A DNA stretch of 63,138 nt, filler included, from Vannella sp. (Eukaryota), in assembly GCA_023345925.1 (NCBI GenBank). It is 6 parts of 6 records of this genome, joined end to end, with 100 filler letters (N's around TTAATTAATTAA, not from the genome) between each part and the next. Parts side by side here need not be neighbours in the genome. Positions count along the whole stretch, not along the records: positions 1 to 19,297 come from JAJQQN010000578.1; positions 19,398 to 30,082 come from JAJQQN010000950.1; 4 more parts are not named here. One strand, written 5' to 3'. The notes under the pieces were generated by a model, which ran no database searches, was not told where the DNA came from, and worked only from the letters and a program-made list of their open reading frames with translations. The translations under genes were made by a program, and so were the position numbers. Of the stretch, positions 11,728 through 23,581 are shown one piece after another. Every line of letters starts with the position of its first letter. The first letter of the stretch is position 1.

Positions 11728-14700
11728 ATGGACGACTTCTGGGAGGGACTTTCGGATGGTTTACCTCAGGCTCAGAGGAACCTTCTGGCAGGGAAGAGGT
11801 CAGTGTGAGAGTGGGAATTGCCAGAGACTGACCCCAAGCAGGAGGTTATCCATCCGATCTGAGGAGCCGCTTCCCAAGAAGATTAAGGCTGAGACTATCG
11901 ACGACACTTCTCCAGAGGGCTTGCCACCTTCAAGACCTCTAAAGGACTTAATCTCCACCAATGAGGTTGGCAGCAAGATGAAGGTACCAGTCCAGCCAGT
12001 TACATGCGTACTCTTCATGCATGTGAACTAACCAAGCAAAAGGCATTTTTTCCACATCAGTTTTTCAATGCCGTCCAATCCAGCTGCTTCTCTCTCCTCT
12101 TCCGCTCCTCTCACTCAGCAATTGTCACTGGTAGGGCTTGACTCAAGGGCCAGACCCATTAAGAAGTACTCAAACGTTGTTAAGCACCTACCGGATCAGG
12201 AAAGACTGGGCTATTAGAGCTTGCTATCTGTCAGACCTTGCAATCAAGTCCCTCGGGATCCTTGATTCTCTACCTCGCCCCACTGAAGGCTCTGTGTCAC
12301 GAGAGATTCTTGGATTGGAAAGAGAAGCTAGACTCTCTGGGCTTGAAGTGTAAAGAGCTCACTGGAGACACTGGAACAAGCCTACCCTCCAACTGCCACC
12401 TTGTTGTAGCTACTCCTGAGAAGTGGGACGTGTTCACGCGGATCAGTGGAGTAAGAATGCACTCTCCTAGCCAACTCATCCTGACTTGAACACAGAACTT
12501 GGGGACTGTCATGAAGCGAATGCGCCTGGTCCTCATCGACGAGATCCAGCAGGTTGGCGAGGATCGCGGAGCCACTTTGGAGGCCATTGTTAGTCGAATG
12601 AAGATCACAGCATCTCATGATATCCGGTTTGTTGCTGTGTCTGCCACTTGCCCAAACGTCAACGATGTTGCCGGATGGCTCGGATGTTCTCAGGAGTCCA
12701 CCAGATGCTTTGGTGATGAATTTCGCCCAGTCAAGCTTCAAACTCATGTACTCTGTTACCCTGAAGGGAAAAATGACTTTCTCTTTCAACAGAATCTCAA
12801 GTACAAGCTCTTGGATGTTGTCCTCAAGTACTACAACAGCCGACCAACCTTGGTCTTCTGCGGAACCCGCAAAGATACTACTTCTTCTGTACAACAGATT
12901 TTGAAGGACGCCATTAGCCTTGGCCAAGTATTTACCCTTAACTCTGAAAGGCGAGCACTTTTGATCCGAAACGCATCCAAAATTGCAGACAAGATCCTCA
13001 AGGATTCAGTGTCAAGAGGAGTGGCGTTTTATCATGCTGGTCTTAGCTTTGGCGATCGCAACATTGTTCAAGAGCTCTTCTCGAACGGTAATCTGATGGT
13101 CGTTTGTACCACCTCCTGCCTGGCTAAAGGCGTCAATCTCCCAGCCCACCTCGTTGTCATTCAAGGTACCCAACTTTACAATGGAGGCATCTATGAAGAG
13201 CTTAGTATCATTGACGTACTCCAAATGATAGGAAGAGCTGGACGTCCACAGTTTGACTCTTCTGGCGTTGCAGTTATCATGACAACAGACTTGAACCGCT
13301 GTCGTTACGAGAATCTTGTGAATGGACAAGAAGTCATTGAGAGTGAACTTATGTCTCATATTCCCACCTTCTTGAACACTGAGATTGCCATTGGTAGCAT
13401 TCGCAACATCCAACAAGCACACATTTGGCTGCTCTCTACTTTTCTCTACCGTCGCATCCAAGCCAACCCAGACCGCTACCAAGTCCCATCAGGCCTTTCT
13501 AATGCCAAGCTTGACGAGTTCCTGAAGGAGCTATTGCTTTTCGCGATTCAGGATCTCAAAACAGCTCAAATGCTGAAGATCAAGCCTGATGGAAGCCTCC
13601 TTCCCTTGGAATCAGGAACCTGCATGGCTCGCTATTCAATCGCATTTGAGACGATGAAGCTGTTTCAAGTTCTTGACACAGACGAAGTCAACCTTCCCCA
13701 AGTTATCCTCACACTTGCACGTGCAAGTGAGTTCTCCCAGATCTCTTTAAGAAGAAACGAAAAGAGCTCTTTGAATGCATTGAATGCGGAGGTCAAATTC
13801 AGATTAGAGACTCCAGGAAAGCGCAAAAGCAAGCCGAAGCTCATTCAAACACCAGAAGAGAAGCTATTCGTTCTTATCCAAGCAGTTCTTGGAGATCTTG
13901 AGATTGGAGACTGGTCTCTTAAACAGGAAGCCGCTCAAGTCATTACCAATCTGCAACGGATTATGAAAGGAGCCCTCAGCTATTTTTCCAACAAATCTAG
14001 AAGAGCCCCTCTCCACAACATCCTTTGGTTCAACCAGTCGCTCCACCAAAAGCTTTGGTACGATTCCCCGCATGTTTGTCGGCAGGTGGAGAAGATTGGG
14101 AGAAAACTGTCCGACACTCTAGCCCAAGCAGGTGTCTGTAGCCTCCTCGAGTTGGCTGCTCAAGATCCCCGCGTATTGGAGCAGACTCTGTCACGTAATT
14201 TGCCTTTTGGAACGAAAGTCCAAGAAGCAGTCTCCAAGATCTGGCCTCAATTCTCACTTTCCTTCGTCCCAGGCTCCAATGGGTGTTTGATTGTGCGAGC
14301 TGTTGCAAAGACTCCAATCCCTCGCTCCAAGCTCGGACAAGGCAACTATTCGACTCTTCTGGTTTGGGAGGAAGGAGAAAGTGGCCTCCTATCTGCTAAC
14401 TCTGCGGTGCCCAATTTTTCTGAGCGTCCGTTTGAAGTCTCCGTGACACTTGGTTCGAAGCCGGTTGTGGCTCATCTGTTCAATAATGAGTTTATTGGGA
14501 TGGATGTGGAAGCGACCTTTTCCACTTTGCCTGTGCCAGATCCTCCGAGAACCTTAATTTCTCCACTTCCTCCCAAGCTCCCCTTCTCAGCAGAGATAGT
14601 ACTGCACGATGATGATCCATTCTACTACCTGGATGAATCTCCTGAGATACATCTGAACCCTGAGCCCGAGATTGATTCTCCAGAATACGACTTTCCTCTT

Positions 14701-15123
14701 TCTCCATCTTCCGAATGGAAAGCTCCTCCAGCCCTTCCAGGTCGATACGATTCTCCCTCCTTTGTAAGTAAGCCTACTAGACCGGAGGAGGTTAAAGGAG
14801 CGGTTTGGGTTGAGCTTGAAGAGCACAAGAGGATGCTTGAGGAGGAAAGATCTCTTCGAGTTGCATTAGAGGAACGAGTCAAGTCACTGGAGAGACAGTT
14901 CCAAGCTTTCTCTGTGCCATCTGCTCCTCATCCTCGCTCTCAACCATGCACTCCTCGCATCCATCCTTCCCCTCTCCAACCACCGACCATTGCTCCAACT
15001 CCGCCAACTCAAGTTCCTCTTCATCCACCAACTCAAGTCCAAGTTCCTCTTCATCCAGAGGGCAGAGGACAATCCAAGTGGTTCTCCTTGGCCAAACAGC
15101 ACGCCAAACCGACAAATGTGTAA
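11728..15123 (+). CDS. MER3: Meiotic Ski2-like DExH helicase Mer3/HFM1
   Basis: Spliced Walker A 'APTGSGKT', 'YLAPLKALC', 'TPEKWD', 'DEIQ', 'RGATLEAIVSRMK', 'AVSATCPNVNDVAGWL', 'FGDEFRPVKL', 'LQMIGRAGRPQFD', then a Sec63 domain. A single helicase cassette fits Mer3 rather than Brr2/ASCC3. Confidence 0.88.
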
Positions 15124-15240
15124 ATGGCCATTACGCATGCCTCCCGACCAATCAGATTGCTCGAAATCCTTGCCGGTTACTCTCCCTCTTCCTCCCTTTC
15201 TCTTCATTCAATACAAGCCCCCTGTAACTGAAGTTGAAGT

Positions 15241-15624
15241 ATGGATTCGAACCCTTATGTCATCTCCTCCTCCAGACTCCTTCCGCAAGAGGATATGGAT
15301 CTCACTAGTCAGTTCCTCTCCATGATGGACGTTCCTGCCGGGACCGACTTCTCTCGCCACCTCGATGAGAACAACATGTCTCTCTTTAGCCCTCTACCTC
15401 CTCTCCCCTTCCCAGTTCTCGCAGAGGAGGAAGAAACCGAAGACGTCAAACCCTACGAATGCACCAAGTTGTGTGCTTCTTGTGAGTCCCACCTTCAAAC
15501 TCGAGCAAAAGACCTCGCTACCATCCATTTCTTCTTTCAATTTCTCAGCAAACATCTGAAAGAGAGGACTCCGCCAAAAACCGCCACCCGACGCCGCCGG
15601 CATTTTTACCCTTCGCCCTGTTGA
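15241..15624 (+). CDS. Hypothetical small protein (CxxCxxC motif, basic C-terminus)
   Basis: 127-aa ATG-started ORF filling the gap after MER3; no family recognised. Confidence 0.4.
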   Translation: MDSNPYVISSSRLLPQEDMDLTSQFLSMMDVPAGTDFSRHLDENNMSLFSPLPPLPFPVLAEEEETEDVKPYECTKLCASCESHLQTRAKDLATIHFFFQFLSKHLKERTPPKTATRRRRHFYPSPC

Positions 15625-16045
15625 TGAATTGACCCCGTCATAAATACCTTTGTGTTATTCCTGATGCATTACGTAGTAAACAGGATTTAATGTGGGTCAG
15701 AGTGGCATTTTTACTCAGCGTCGAGGATGTCTACTGTACTCTGTGGACTCTCCTGGAACAACGGCATTCGCTACAATGGTGGCCCTTTCCCTTGGTGTGG
15801 AGTTAGCCGACCAACAGCTATTGCGCACTTGACCTTCTCGTTGTTGTGCTTCCTCCTTTTCTTGGTCAACTTCTTCCTGGTTTGGATCATCCCTTGTCTT
15901 CTGTTCCTGTTTGCGGTCATCTTCCTCATAACAGGTGTGGTGATATTCATCATCTCATGCAAGCAGTGAACAGGCCCCTCTCTCGTTGGACGTCTCGAGA
16001 CGTTGTTGTATCACCATTGGCTACTGCAGTGGGGAGCACCCATAA

Positions 16046-16660
16046 ATGCGATTTTATTCAACTCGTCGCTCATTCCTCGCCAAGATGCTCATCTCCATCC
16101 GTCCTCTGCAGAAGATCGTCCCCGTCCCTACTTCCTTCATCCAGGCGATCATCCATGCTCTTGGGAAGGCTACAGATACAGACGACTATGATATCTGTGT
16201 CTGGCTCGTGGACAACGCCTTCACTCATCGCATGAACCTGGCGGATCGAAGTAAAGACAAACCTGCGGATGTCCTCTCCGTTCCTCTCCACCCAGTAGGC
16301 CAAACAACACTTTGATCATCCCCTCTGTTTCACACACCATCTAGAATAACCCTCCTGGTCAACGACCTCCCGAACTTGCAGACACATGCGACCTTGGCGA
16401 CATCTTCGTCTCCTTAGAAATGCTTCAGCAACAAGTGAGCCTCCTCTTCACGAATGCAAACAACTCAACGAATGCAGGCTCAAGATCGATCGATCCCCTT
16501 CGATGAGCACTTGAAGCGGATCCTCGTCCATGGTTACTGCCACCTGCTTGGGTACGACCACGAGAAGGACGACGAGTTCAAGCAAATGCTTGAAGAGGAA
16601 GACAGGCTCTTTGATGAGGTCGCAGCAATCACACGATCAGACCACTGCAGCAAGGAATGA
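16046..16660 (+). CDS. YBEY: Endoribonuclease YbeY (probably mitochondrial)
   Basis: 'DKPADVLS', 'DLGDIFVS' and metal site '[11 protein letters not shown]'; two short introns; Arg/Ser-rich N-terminus '[13 protein letters not shown]' resembles a presequence. Confidence 0.9.
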
Positions 16661-16675
16661 CGCGTTTATGACGCC

Positions 16676-18388
16676 TCACTCCGCCTTTTTGTTGTTTGCA
16701 GGGGAGACCTTCTCAGCCTCTCCTTTCCCCGTGGGAGCAGCTTCCTGACGAGGGGGAGTGGGGAGGAACTTGGTCACAACGAAGAGAGCGACGGCGGCGA
16801 TGATTGTGAAGTAGTAAATGCCTCCCCACGCGATCGCCGTACGCTTCCAGTCCAGCAGCTGTTCTTTGTCAGGAGAGGGCTTGGTTCATTCAGAGCGACG
16901 TACCCGGAAGGTGATGGTGATGCTGTTGATGTACACCCAAGTGCAGATGGTGGCCACGGTGACGTACGCGTTGTAGCGGCCCGCAGAGATGGGCTTGGTA
17001 TCCCTTCCTCGGCCCGTGACAATGTAACGTTGTTTGATCTTCTTCTCTACAGCTGAGAGAGGAGAAGAAGGGTCAGATGAGGTCAGGGGAGGTGAAGAAG
17101 GGTCCTACCTTCCTCAAAGATGTAGTAGAAGGCGTACAGCCCAAAGAAGAGGTAGTATCCTGGATAGAAACCGTGCCAGAATGCGCTCACAGCAAAGGTG
17201 ATGACCACAGGGTTGACTGCTGCCTGAATGCTGGAGGGGATTCGCAAGTAAACGTCTGACCATGACAGTTAGCGCATTCACCCTTCACAGGAGAGACAAG
17301 AAAGACCGTACAGTACTTCAGCCATTCACCAGAGCAAATGTTCCAGTTGCTGTGGATCATGAAGCGGTTGTGAGCCAGCCGGAAAGGAATCAAGTCGAGC
17401 ATGGCTAAGCGGTTCCAAAGGACATTGCCCTTCTTATCCCTTCCGTGGTAAGCTGCACCAATGAGAATCGCTGCAGCTTCACCGTTGAACCAGGCAAAGT
17501 AGTACTTGGTGAAGCCCACTTCGACAGCCAACAACAAATAGCCGATTCGGTACCAGAGGGGGTTGGTCAGGAACTCCTCTGTGCCGCAGTAGGTCTCAGG
17601 GATAACCTTAGTGAGGTAAAAGCCAGCCATGCCCAACAGACCCCACGCAAACTTGATAACCGTTGGCTTGATGGACGGGGGAATGTCGCCGTTTGGCTCT
17701 GCCTTGAACATGCTTCGATCACTGAAGGCCACATAGTCTTGGAACTCGCCCACAGGACCTGTCAAGAAGCCTGTGAAGAAGAAGAGCCAGCTGAAGTAGG
17801 ACAAAAGAGATGGCATCGTTTCAATCCTGTTCTTCGCGGGGAAGAACTTGTTCGGCGGCAACTGACCATCACGGACGTTCCAACCAAAGCTTTGAAGCTT
17901 AATACAGAACAGCATCATTGGAGTGCACCAGTTGGTGGTGTATTGGAGGTAATGCTCCGTGTAACGGTTCCAATGTCTAGAAGAACGCTCTGTTAGCACG
18001 TTCAAGGACATCTTAAGGAGGCTAGTACTTACCCATATGTGAGGACACCGAAGCTGAAGAGAATGATGAGCTGAGGACTGTACTTGGAAGGAACCACCGC
18101 CGCGATGAGGTATGTGACGAGACCAGAGACAACAAAGTACAGCGCATCCCATTTGAAGCAGAAGAACACAAAAAACAGACCCACCAGCAAGGAGAAGACC
18201 ATCCGCGCGGTCGTACCAGGCACCACGTGGCGATGAAGAAGCGCCATTGGCAAAGCAAAGATCAGGCAGAAGCACAAACGCATCATGTCATCCGGTAGAT
18301 GGAAGATGGACTGCCAAAACTGCACAAAGGGGTCTGTGAAGTTCCAAAAGGAAGCGAGACCCGGAGCGAAGGCTTCCACTGCCTCCAT
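16676..18388 (-). CDS. MBOAT-family lysophospholipid acyltransferase (Ale1/LPCAT-like)
   Basis: 'SYFSWLFFFTGFLTGP', 'KYYFAW', 'SNWNI', catalytic 'SAFWHGFYPGYY' and C-terminal KKAE ER-retrieval motif; several introns. Confidence 0.9.
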
Positions 18389-18443
18389 CAGCAGCCGCCC
18401 AAAGAATGCCTCAATTCAAGTCTAATGACGCATAGTTTCAGCT

Positions 18444-18510
18444 GCCTTCTTAAAATAATGATTCGCATGATGTCTCGTCGAATTAGAAGCATTTCAACGG
18501 AGGAACGAAG
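18444..18510. repeat. Degenerate fragment of the palindromic dispersed element
   Basis: 'gattcgcatgatgtctcgtcgaattagaagcatttcaacggag' resembles the reverse complement of 62700-62745. Confidence 0.55.
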
Positions 18511-19173
18511 GGGAAGAGGATTCCAACACTGTTTGCGTAGAGGGTCCTGATGACCTCCATCTCTTCAGGATAAGCTTTTGGGCTGATTTCATTTTTTAGT
18601 GTTTTGGATGCTTCATGGACCTGAGCGGCGGGCGGTGCTATCAAGAGAATGAATCTCCTGACGTCTTTCAATGAAGAGAAGAGAAGAGATGGGCATCAAA
18701 CCGACTCTAAATCGACTGCGAACGCAGGCTTAAACGAGATTGAGGCTCCCAATTTCATGTTTAATGACGACGAAGAAGAGCGCAGTTACAGCACAGCCAT
18801 CATGAACACTTACCGAACTAGAGCAAGTGGTCCAACTTCACCTGTGTAACGCCACCCAACATCAATGTCCTCTGCAATGCTTCCGAAAGGCGTCTTTGTC
18901 CGTCAATTCCTTGAATCATACCAGGTCCAAGGCGTTGTATCGCCAAGCTAAGCGACTGAGAGGTTGATGATTCCATTTCAGCCACCCCATGCCGGCCAAT
19001 GCCAAAAAGGGAAAGAAACGAGATGATTTTGGCTTTGCATGTCAGGAAGTTAACGTTATCGTTATCTTAGCAAAGCACCAGGAAAGAAATCAGTTCCCAG
19101 ATCACAAGTTCCTCGAAACTGCAACTTTCTGTCGCGGCGGGCCGCCGGACCGCAAGGTAGAAGCTTTCATTCG

Positions 19174-19297
19174 AATGGGTGGCGTTTGTTGCTGGTTGCT
19201 TTTTCTCCTTGGCCTTGCCCAAGGACAGTTTGTGCCATGTCTCCTGGGTCCGAACTCGTTTTCAACTGGCTCTTCAAACGGAACGCTGGGTTGTAGC
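19174..19297 (+). CDS. Possible 5' fragment of a secreted protein, cut by the contig end
   Basis: 'MGGVCCWLLFLLGLAQGQFVPC' resembles a signal peptide and runs into the N linker. Confidence 0.35.
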
Positions 19298-19397
19298 NNN
19301 NNNNNNNNNNNNNNNNNNNNNNNNNNNNNNNNNNNNNNNNNTTAATTAATTAANNNNNNNNNNNNNNNNNNNNNNNNNNNNNNNNNNNNNNNNNNNN
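19298..19397. other. Artificial contig linker (N44-TTAATTAATTAA-N44)
   Basis: Identical 100-nt spacer with stops in all six frames, repeated five times. Confidence 0.98.
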
Positions 19398-19789
19398 CCT
19401 CAAACCATCCTTTGAAGCGAGGCTTAACAAAAACCAAAACTTTTTGGCGGGAAACCTGCACGGAGAAGGTTTTCGGCTTCTTAACTCGCTTTCTGCGCAA
19501 CACGCATTCTCCAAAGCTGGGCCTCTGTAATGTCTTCCGATGTATCAGTGGAAAGGCCAACAAATCAGTCAGACTGATGAGAAACGTCCTCCATGTTGTC
19601 CGTTTGCTTTCTTCGTGCTTTAAGAAAGTTTTCGACTCCTTTCCTCGCCGAGTGAGGAACGGCGGCACCTCCTACCCTCTTGGGATAGAAAGAAAGGTTC
19701 CTGAATGGAGTACCACTGCCATGCACTCACATACTCCTGCTACTGTCCCTTGCACGGTTTCGGAGTGGCTTTATGGAGAAGAGCTCTAC

Positions 19790-20326
19790 TCATTTCATCG
19801 TCTTCGCAGCGGGGGACTTGCGGTCAGAGGTGAGCTTGAATGATGGAGCGCAACAGACGGGGGACCCATGGGCACTACAGTCGAGACAGTCCCACTCCGT
19901 TTTGGGTTCGGCGCGAAGTTGCTGGAAAAAAGCGCAACAGCCGGTGCAAGGACACCAGCCTAAAAAGCAGTCACCAATACACTTGTCGAAGCCGTCGCTC
20001 GGTTCCTCATAAACGCCAGCGATCATTCGGGTGTTGTACCGGTTTAGCCAGCAGAAAACAAAGTTATTCAATCCGAGGATTTGGAGGATGACGAAAGGTA
20101 AGACATGATTCAGAAGGGCACAAGGTTGGTCCACTTGAGAGGCCCACCACTTGACTTGCACACAAGGAAAGCAGCAGGCCATACAAGTGAAACAGTACAG
20201 ACCGTCCATAACGTTGCAAGGCTCTCCGCAACATGGTTCACAGTTATTGTGGAAGCAGTTGCAGAGAGGACCACCAGCATCACTGAATCCAGTCCAATCG
20301 TGGAAGCAGAAGGACGCGTTTGGCAT
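19790..20326 (-). CDS. PLAC8-like cysteine-rich protein
   Basis: 'CFTCMACCFPC', 'RYNTRMIAGV', 'DCFLGWCPCTGCCAFFQQLR' match the PLAC8 pattern. Start uncertain (ORF is open to 20497). Confidence 0.7.
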   Translation of the reverse strand: MPNASFCFHDWTGFSDAGGPLCNCFHNNCEPCCGEPCNVMDGLYCFTCMACCFPCVQVKWWASQVDQPCALLNHVLPFVILQILGLNNFVFCWLNRYNTRMIAGVYEEPSDGFDKCIGDCFLGWCPCTGCCAFFQQLRAEPKTEWDCLDCSAHGSPVCCAPSFKLTSDRKSPAAKTMK

Positions 20327-20938
20327 CTCGAGCCAGAAAGAATGAAAAATATTGGCAGGTAGAAACCAGCAACCCTGTCGTATCCCTGAGCCAGGGGATT
20401 CAGAAAACCGGCAGCCAATCCAACGCGGCCGATTTTCGTTTCCGGGGTTGAAGGCATCCATCTCGTTTCCCCTTTTTGCTTTGCATGGTGAGGACATGCT
20501 CTTGATTCTTCTTCAGATATGCATGAACTGGGGTCTCCGAGACTTCCGAAAGAAAGGTCTGATGAGAAACGCCTTCTTTGGTGTCTGTTTGCTCTCTCCG
20601 TGCTCCAAGACCGGCTTCGGGTGGAACAAACCTTGTAGAACCGCTTCAGAGCAAGAGGAGAAGATCCGGCATCAGCGAACAAAGTGAATCGTTCGAACGG
20701 ACACTTTCTTGAGGTCTTGGTTGCTTCCCTTCCGTATTGCTGCAACTATACACTAATGCCTCCCAAGTAGCACACAGCCGCCTTCACACGCTTCCTGCAC
20801 CACTTTTCGTGGCATTGTCTTGCTCACCTCCAAAGCCTCCTCCAGGAGGTCGAGAAGTATTGATAAGGAACATCCTCTTATATAATTTTATCTCTCCTTC
20901 CTTTAATGGGCATTATTAATTCCACCCTCCGCTGACTG

Positions 20939-22951
20939 ATGCCTTTTGCGCGGAGAGGGGCGCTTGATGGTTTGCGGGGAGTGTTCTCTTTGCAGGTGGT
21001 GTTGTTTCATTTGGATGCGGTGTGGTTCAAACAGGGGTTCGTGGGAGTGGATGGCTTCTTCGTTCTGTCTGGATTCCTCATCACTTCGATGATCATCCAC
21101 GAGACGATTTCCTCGCAGGCGTTCTCTTACAGTCGGTTCTACGCGCGTCGTACGAAGAGGCTCTTACCATCCTCCTTGTTTGTGCTAGTTCTTACTGCTT
21201 GGTGTTACCGAACCATCGCGGCTCCAGCCCTGATCACAGAACATCGGGGCGCATTCCTTGCGGGTGCTTCTTACATTGAGAACTGGTATCTTGTCATGAA
21301 GGAGCACAACTACTTCTCTCAAACAGCTGGGGACAGCCCCATCCTTCACTACTGGTCTCTTGCAGTTGAAGAACAGTTCTACATGTTCTGGCCGTTAGTT
21401 GTTGTCTCTCTTCTTTCGTGGAGTTCCTTCAAGACCACTTATGTGGCTCATGGTTGTCTGTTTGCGTTCTTTGTATCTCTTGGTCTCCAATACTTCAATA
21501 GCGGGCTCTCCTTAGAGCAGAGATACTACGCCACTCCCATGAGGATTTACCAACTTCTCGGTGGAGCGTTTTTGGGCGTGATACTTAAAGCAACTATGGA
21601 CGTGCTAGATTCAGGCTCTTTGCCGCCGTCCCTAGTGACAAAGCCTCTGAAGGCACAAGGATTTGGTCTGTGTTTCGGGGGATTGCTGGGTGTACTTCTG
21701 TTGTCAACTGGGTTGATGCCGGTGGACCCAACGAATGCAGGATTTATGTGCACCTTCTTCACTTTGGTATTGATTGTTGGATTGGAGCTTGATGACAATA
21801 GCCTTCCAGCCAAGCTCCTCAATAGTTCTTTGTTGCAGTTTCTGGGAAAACACTCTTATGCAATCTACCTCTGGCACTTTCCGGTCATTCGGATTGGGAG
21901 AATGCTAGCGATGATACATACTGACGTTTCGTCAATTATTGTAGTTCTCCTTATTACCATCTTTTTGGCATGGCTGACTTACCTATGCGTGGATCGTCCT
22001 ATCCACTCACTTTCACTTTCTGATTCGGTTACGATTGGTCTCGGAATGCTGGCCACTTTCGTGGCTTTCTCTGTTATCTTTATCGGATTCTTCCCGATGC
22101 AAGCTCCATTCAATGACTCTACCACTGAATTGAAACCAATTCTTGAGCCAACAACACCAGAATCAGATGAGCTGCATCTTCAAATACTGCGACCACAACC
22201 AGGTGAGTTATCGACTCCTCAGGTTCGCATTGAACCCAAAAACCGAATTATGCTGCTAGGCGGAGATTCATTCGCACGTGAGTGGTCCGATGTTTGGCAA
22301 CAGCTTGCTTTTGAGTACAAATGCAAGGCTATGATTAGGTGCACGGACCGTTGTCCTTGGTTCCACTTGGAGTATCAGATGGCGGGGGCAGGATCAGCCA
22401 ATCCATGTCCTCTGTTAGAGATCGCTGCTGACCCAGGAAAACGACCAAGTGTTGCATTAATGGTCACTCGCAGTATTGAGTATAATGATCTGAGACCAGT
22501 GGGATCGGCTCCTGATGCCCCTTTTGTGAAAGTTGGAGAGCCTGAATGGGAAGAATTGATTATTTCCGGAATGGAATACTACTTTGACGCACTTCCTGAT
22601 ACAATATTCGTCCTCCTTCTTTCGCACCCGGTTCCTGCTAATGATGAACGAGATTGCTTCAAAGCGGAAGCGATTTCTAAAAGATGCCAGGCCAAAGTGC
22701 AGGTCAATCCGCACTTGGAGACTTATCGTGGCATTGCTTTGATGATGGCTGAGAAACAAAATAACGTTTTTGTCATCTCCATTGACGATTGGGTCTGCCC
22801 TGGAGGTATCTGTCGTGGGATAGAGGGTAAAACTCGTCAATTTCTCACTGACTCTTTCCACCTCCATGGCTCTTACGTTCAGAACCACAAATCGAATTTA
22901 GAGAGCCTTCTCCGCAACGCCCTCCCTATGAAGCCAGCAAAGGCTAAATAA
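20939..22951 (+). CDS. Acyltransferase-3 plus SGNH O-acyltransferase (OafA/OatA-like)
   Basis: 'LDGLRG', 'GFVGVDGFFVLSGFLIT', 'FYARRTKRLLP', 'HYWSLAVEEQFY', about 10-11 TM segments, then SGNH 'GDSFA' and 'DSFH' (DxxH). Intronless. Confidence 0.92.
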   Translation: MPFARRGALDGLRGVFSLQVVLFHLDAVWFKQGFVGVDGFFVLSGFLITSMIIHETISSQAFSYSRFYARRTKRLLPSSLFVLVLTAWCYRTIAAPALITEHRGAFLAGASYIENWYLVMKEHNYFSQTAGDSPILHYWSLAVEEQFYMFWPLVVVSLLSWSSFKTTYVAHGCLFAFFVSLGLQYFNSGLSLEQRYYATPMRIYQLLGGAFLGVILKATMDVLDSGSLPPSLVTKPLKAQGFGLCFGGLLGVLLLSTGLMPVDPTNAGFMCTFFTLVLIVGLELDDNSLPAKLLNSSLLQFLGKHSYAIYLWHFPVIRIGRMLAMIHTDVSSIIVVLLITIFLAWLTYLCVDRPIHSLSLSDSVTIGLGMLATFVAFSVIFIGFFPMQAPFNDSTTELKPILEPTTPESDELHLQILRPQPGELSTPQVRIEPKNRIMLLGGDSFAREWSDVWQQLAFEYKCKAMIRCTDRCPWFHLEYQMAGAGSANPCPLLEIAADPGKRPSVALMVTRSIEYNDLRPVGSAPDAPFVKVGEPEWEELIISGMEYYFDALPDTIFVLLLSHPVPANDERDCFKAEAISKRCQAKVQVNPHLETYRGIALMMAEKQNNVFVISIDDWVCPGGICRGIEGKTRQFLTDSFHLHGSYVQNHKSNLESLLRNALPMKPAKAK

Positions 22952-23581
22952 GTTTTCTATTCATCATGGCCTCAAGAGGATTTTCAGTCAGCGTTTCCAG
23001 CAATCTTCACCTGAAACATGACAAGGCAGCTATGGAATCACCTTTTTGAGCCCTGAATCACTCTGAAACTTGAGGACACAGTAATAGTCTTCCTGTTGGT
23101 GCTTAGCAACCCAACTCTCCATGGAATGGACATCGTTCTTTAACATGTTTTTGTGTGTTCCACCTCGCAGTTAATCCAAAGAACTAAATGCAGCATCCCA
23201 GGTAGAGGCTGCGGTATTCAGTGGTCCATTCAAGACATTAATGGAAGTGGGATGCAACAACCTCAACGCATTAACATTAACCTCCAGGCAGAGATAGAGA
23301 GACTGATGAGGGTCCTTAAAGAAGTCCCCTCTTCAAAAGCAATCATATACGAAGCCCATCAAGATATCCCACCATTTGCCGAGCTCCGGTGAGCAGGAGC
23401 TTGCAAGGGAGACCGGATGTGGACAGCGTGGTAAAGTTAGGGGTTTGTCTAAACCCTAGAACCGAAAATGCCATTTTTCAGCAAATCGCTTCCTGCCCCA
23501 TTAGATTCTCAAATGTTATGATTTATGATGTTGATGAGGAGGGGAAGTGTCATTGGCAGGAAGCGGAGGAGGCAAGGCGGG

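Noticed and set aside
15622..15664. TGATGA...CTGA resembling a box C/D snoRNA
   Set aside because: Too short, overlaps a stop codon, and has no terminal stem or identifiable guide.
15820..16017. Minus-strand frame with an in-frame TGA (MVIQ...SLLA*DDEY), possible selenocysteine or readthrough
   Set aside because: No redox motif or recognisable SECIS; another frame explains the region better.
19298..19397. TTAATTAATTAA palindrome inside N runs, five times
   Set aside because: Synthetic six-frame-stop contig linker, not biological. Gene neighbourhoods across it (e.g. PDS5 next to MIS12) are not evidence of clustering.
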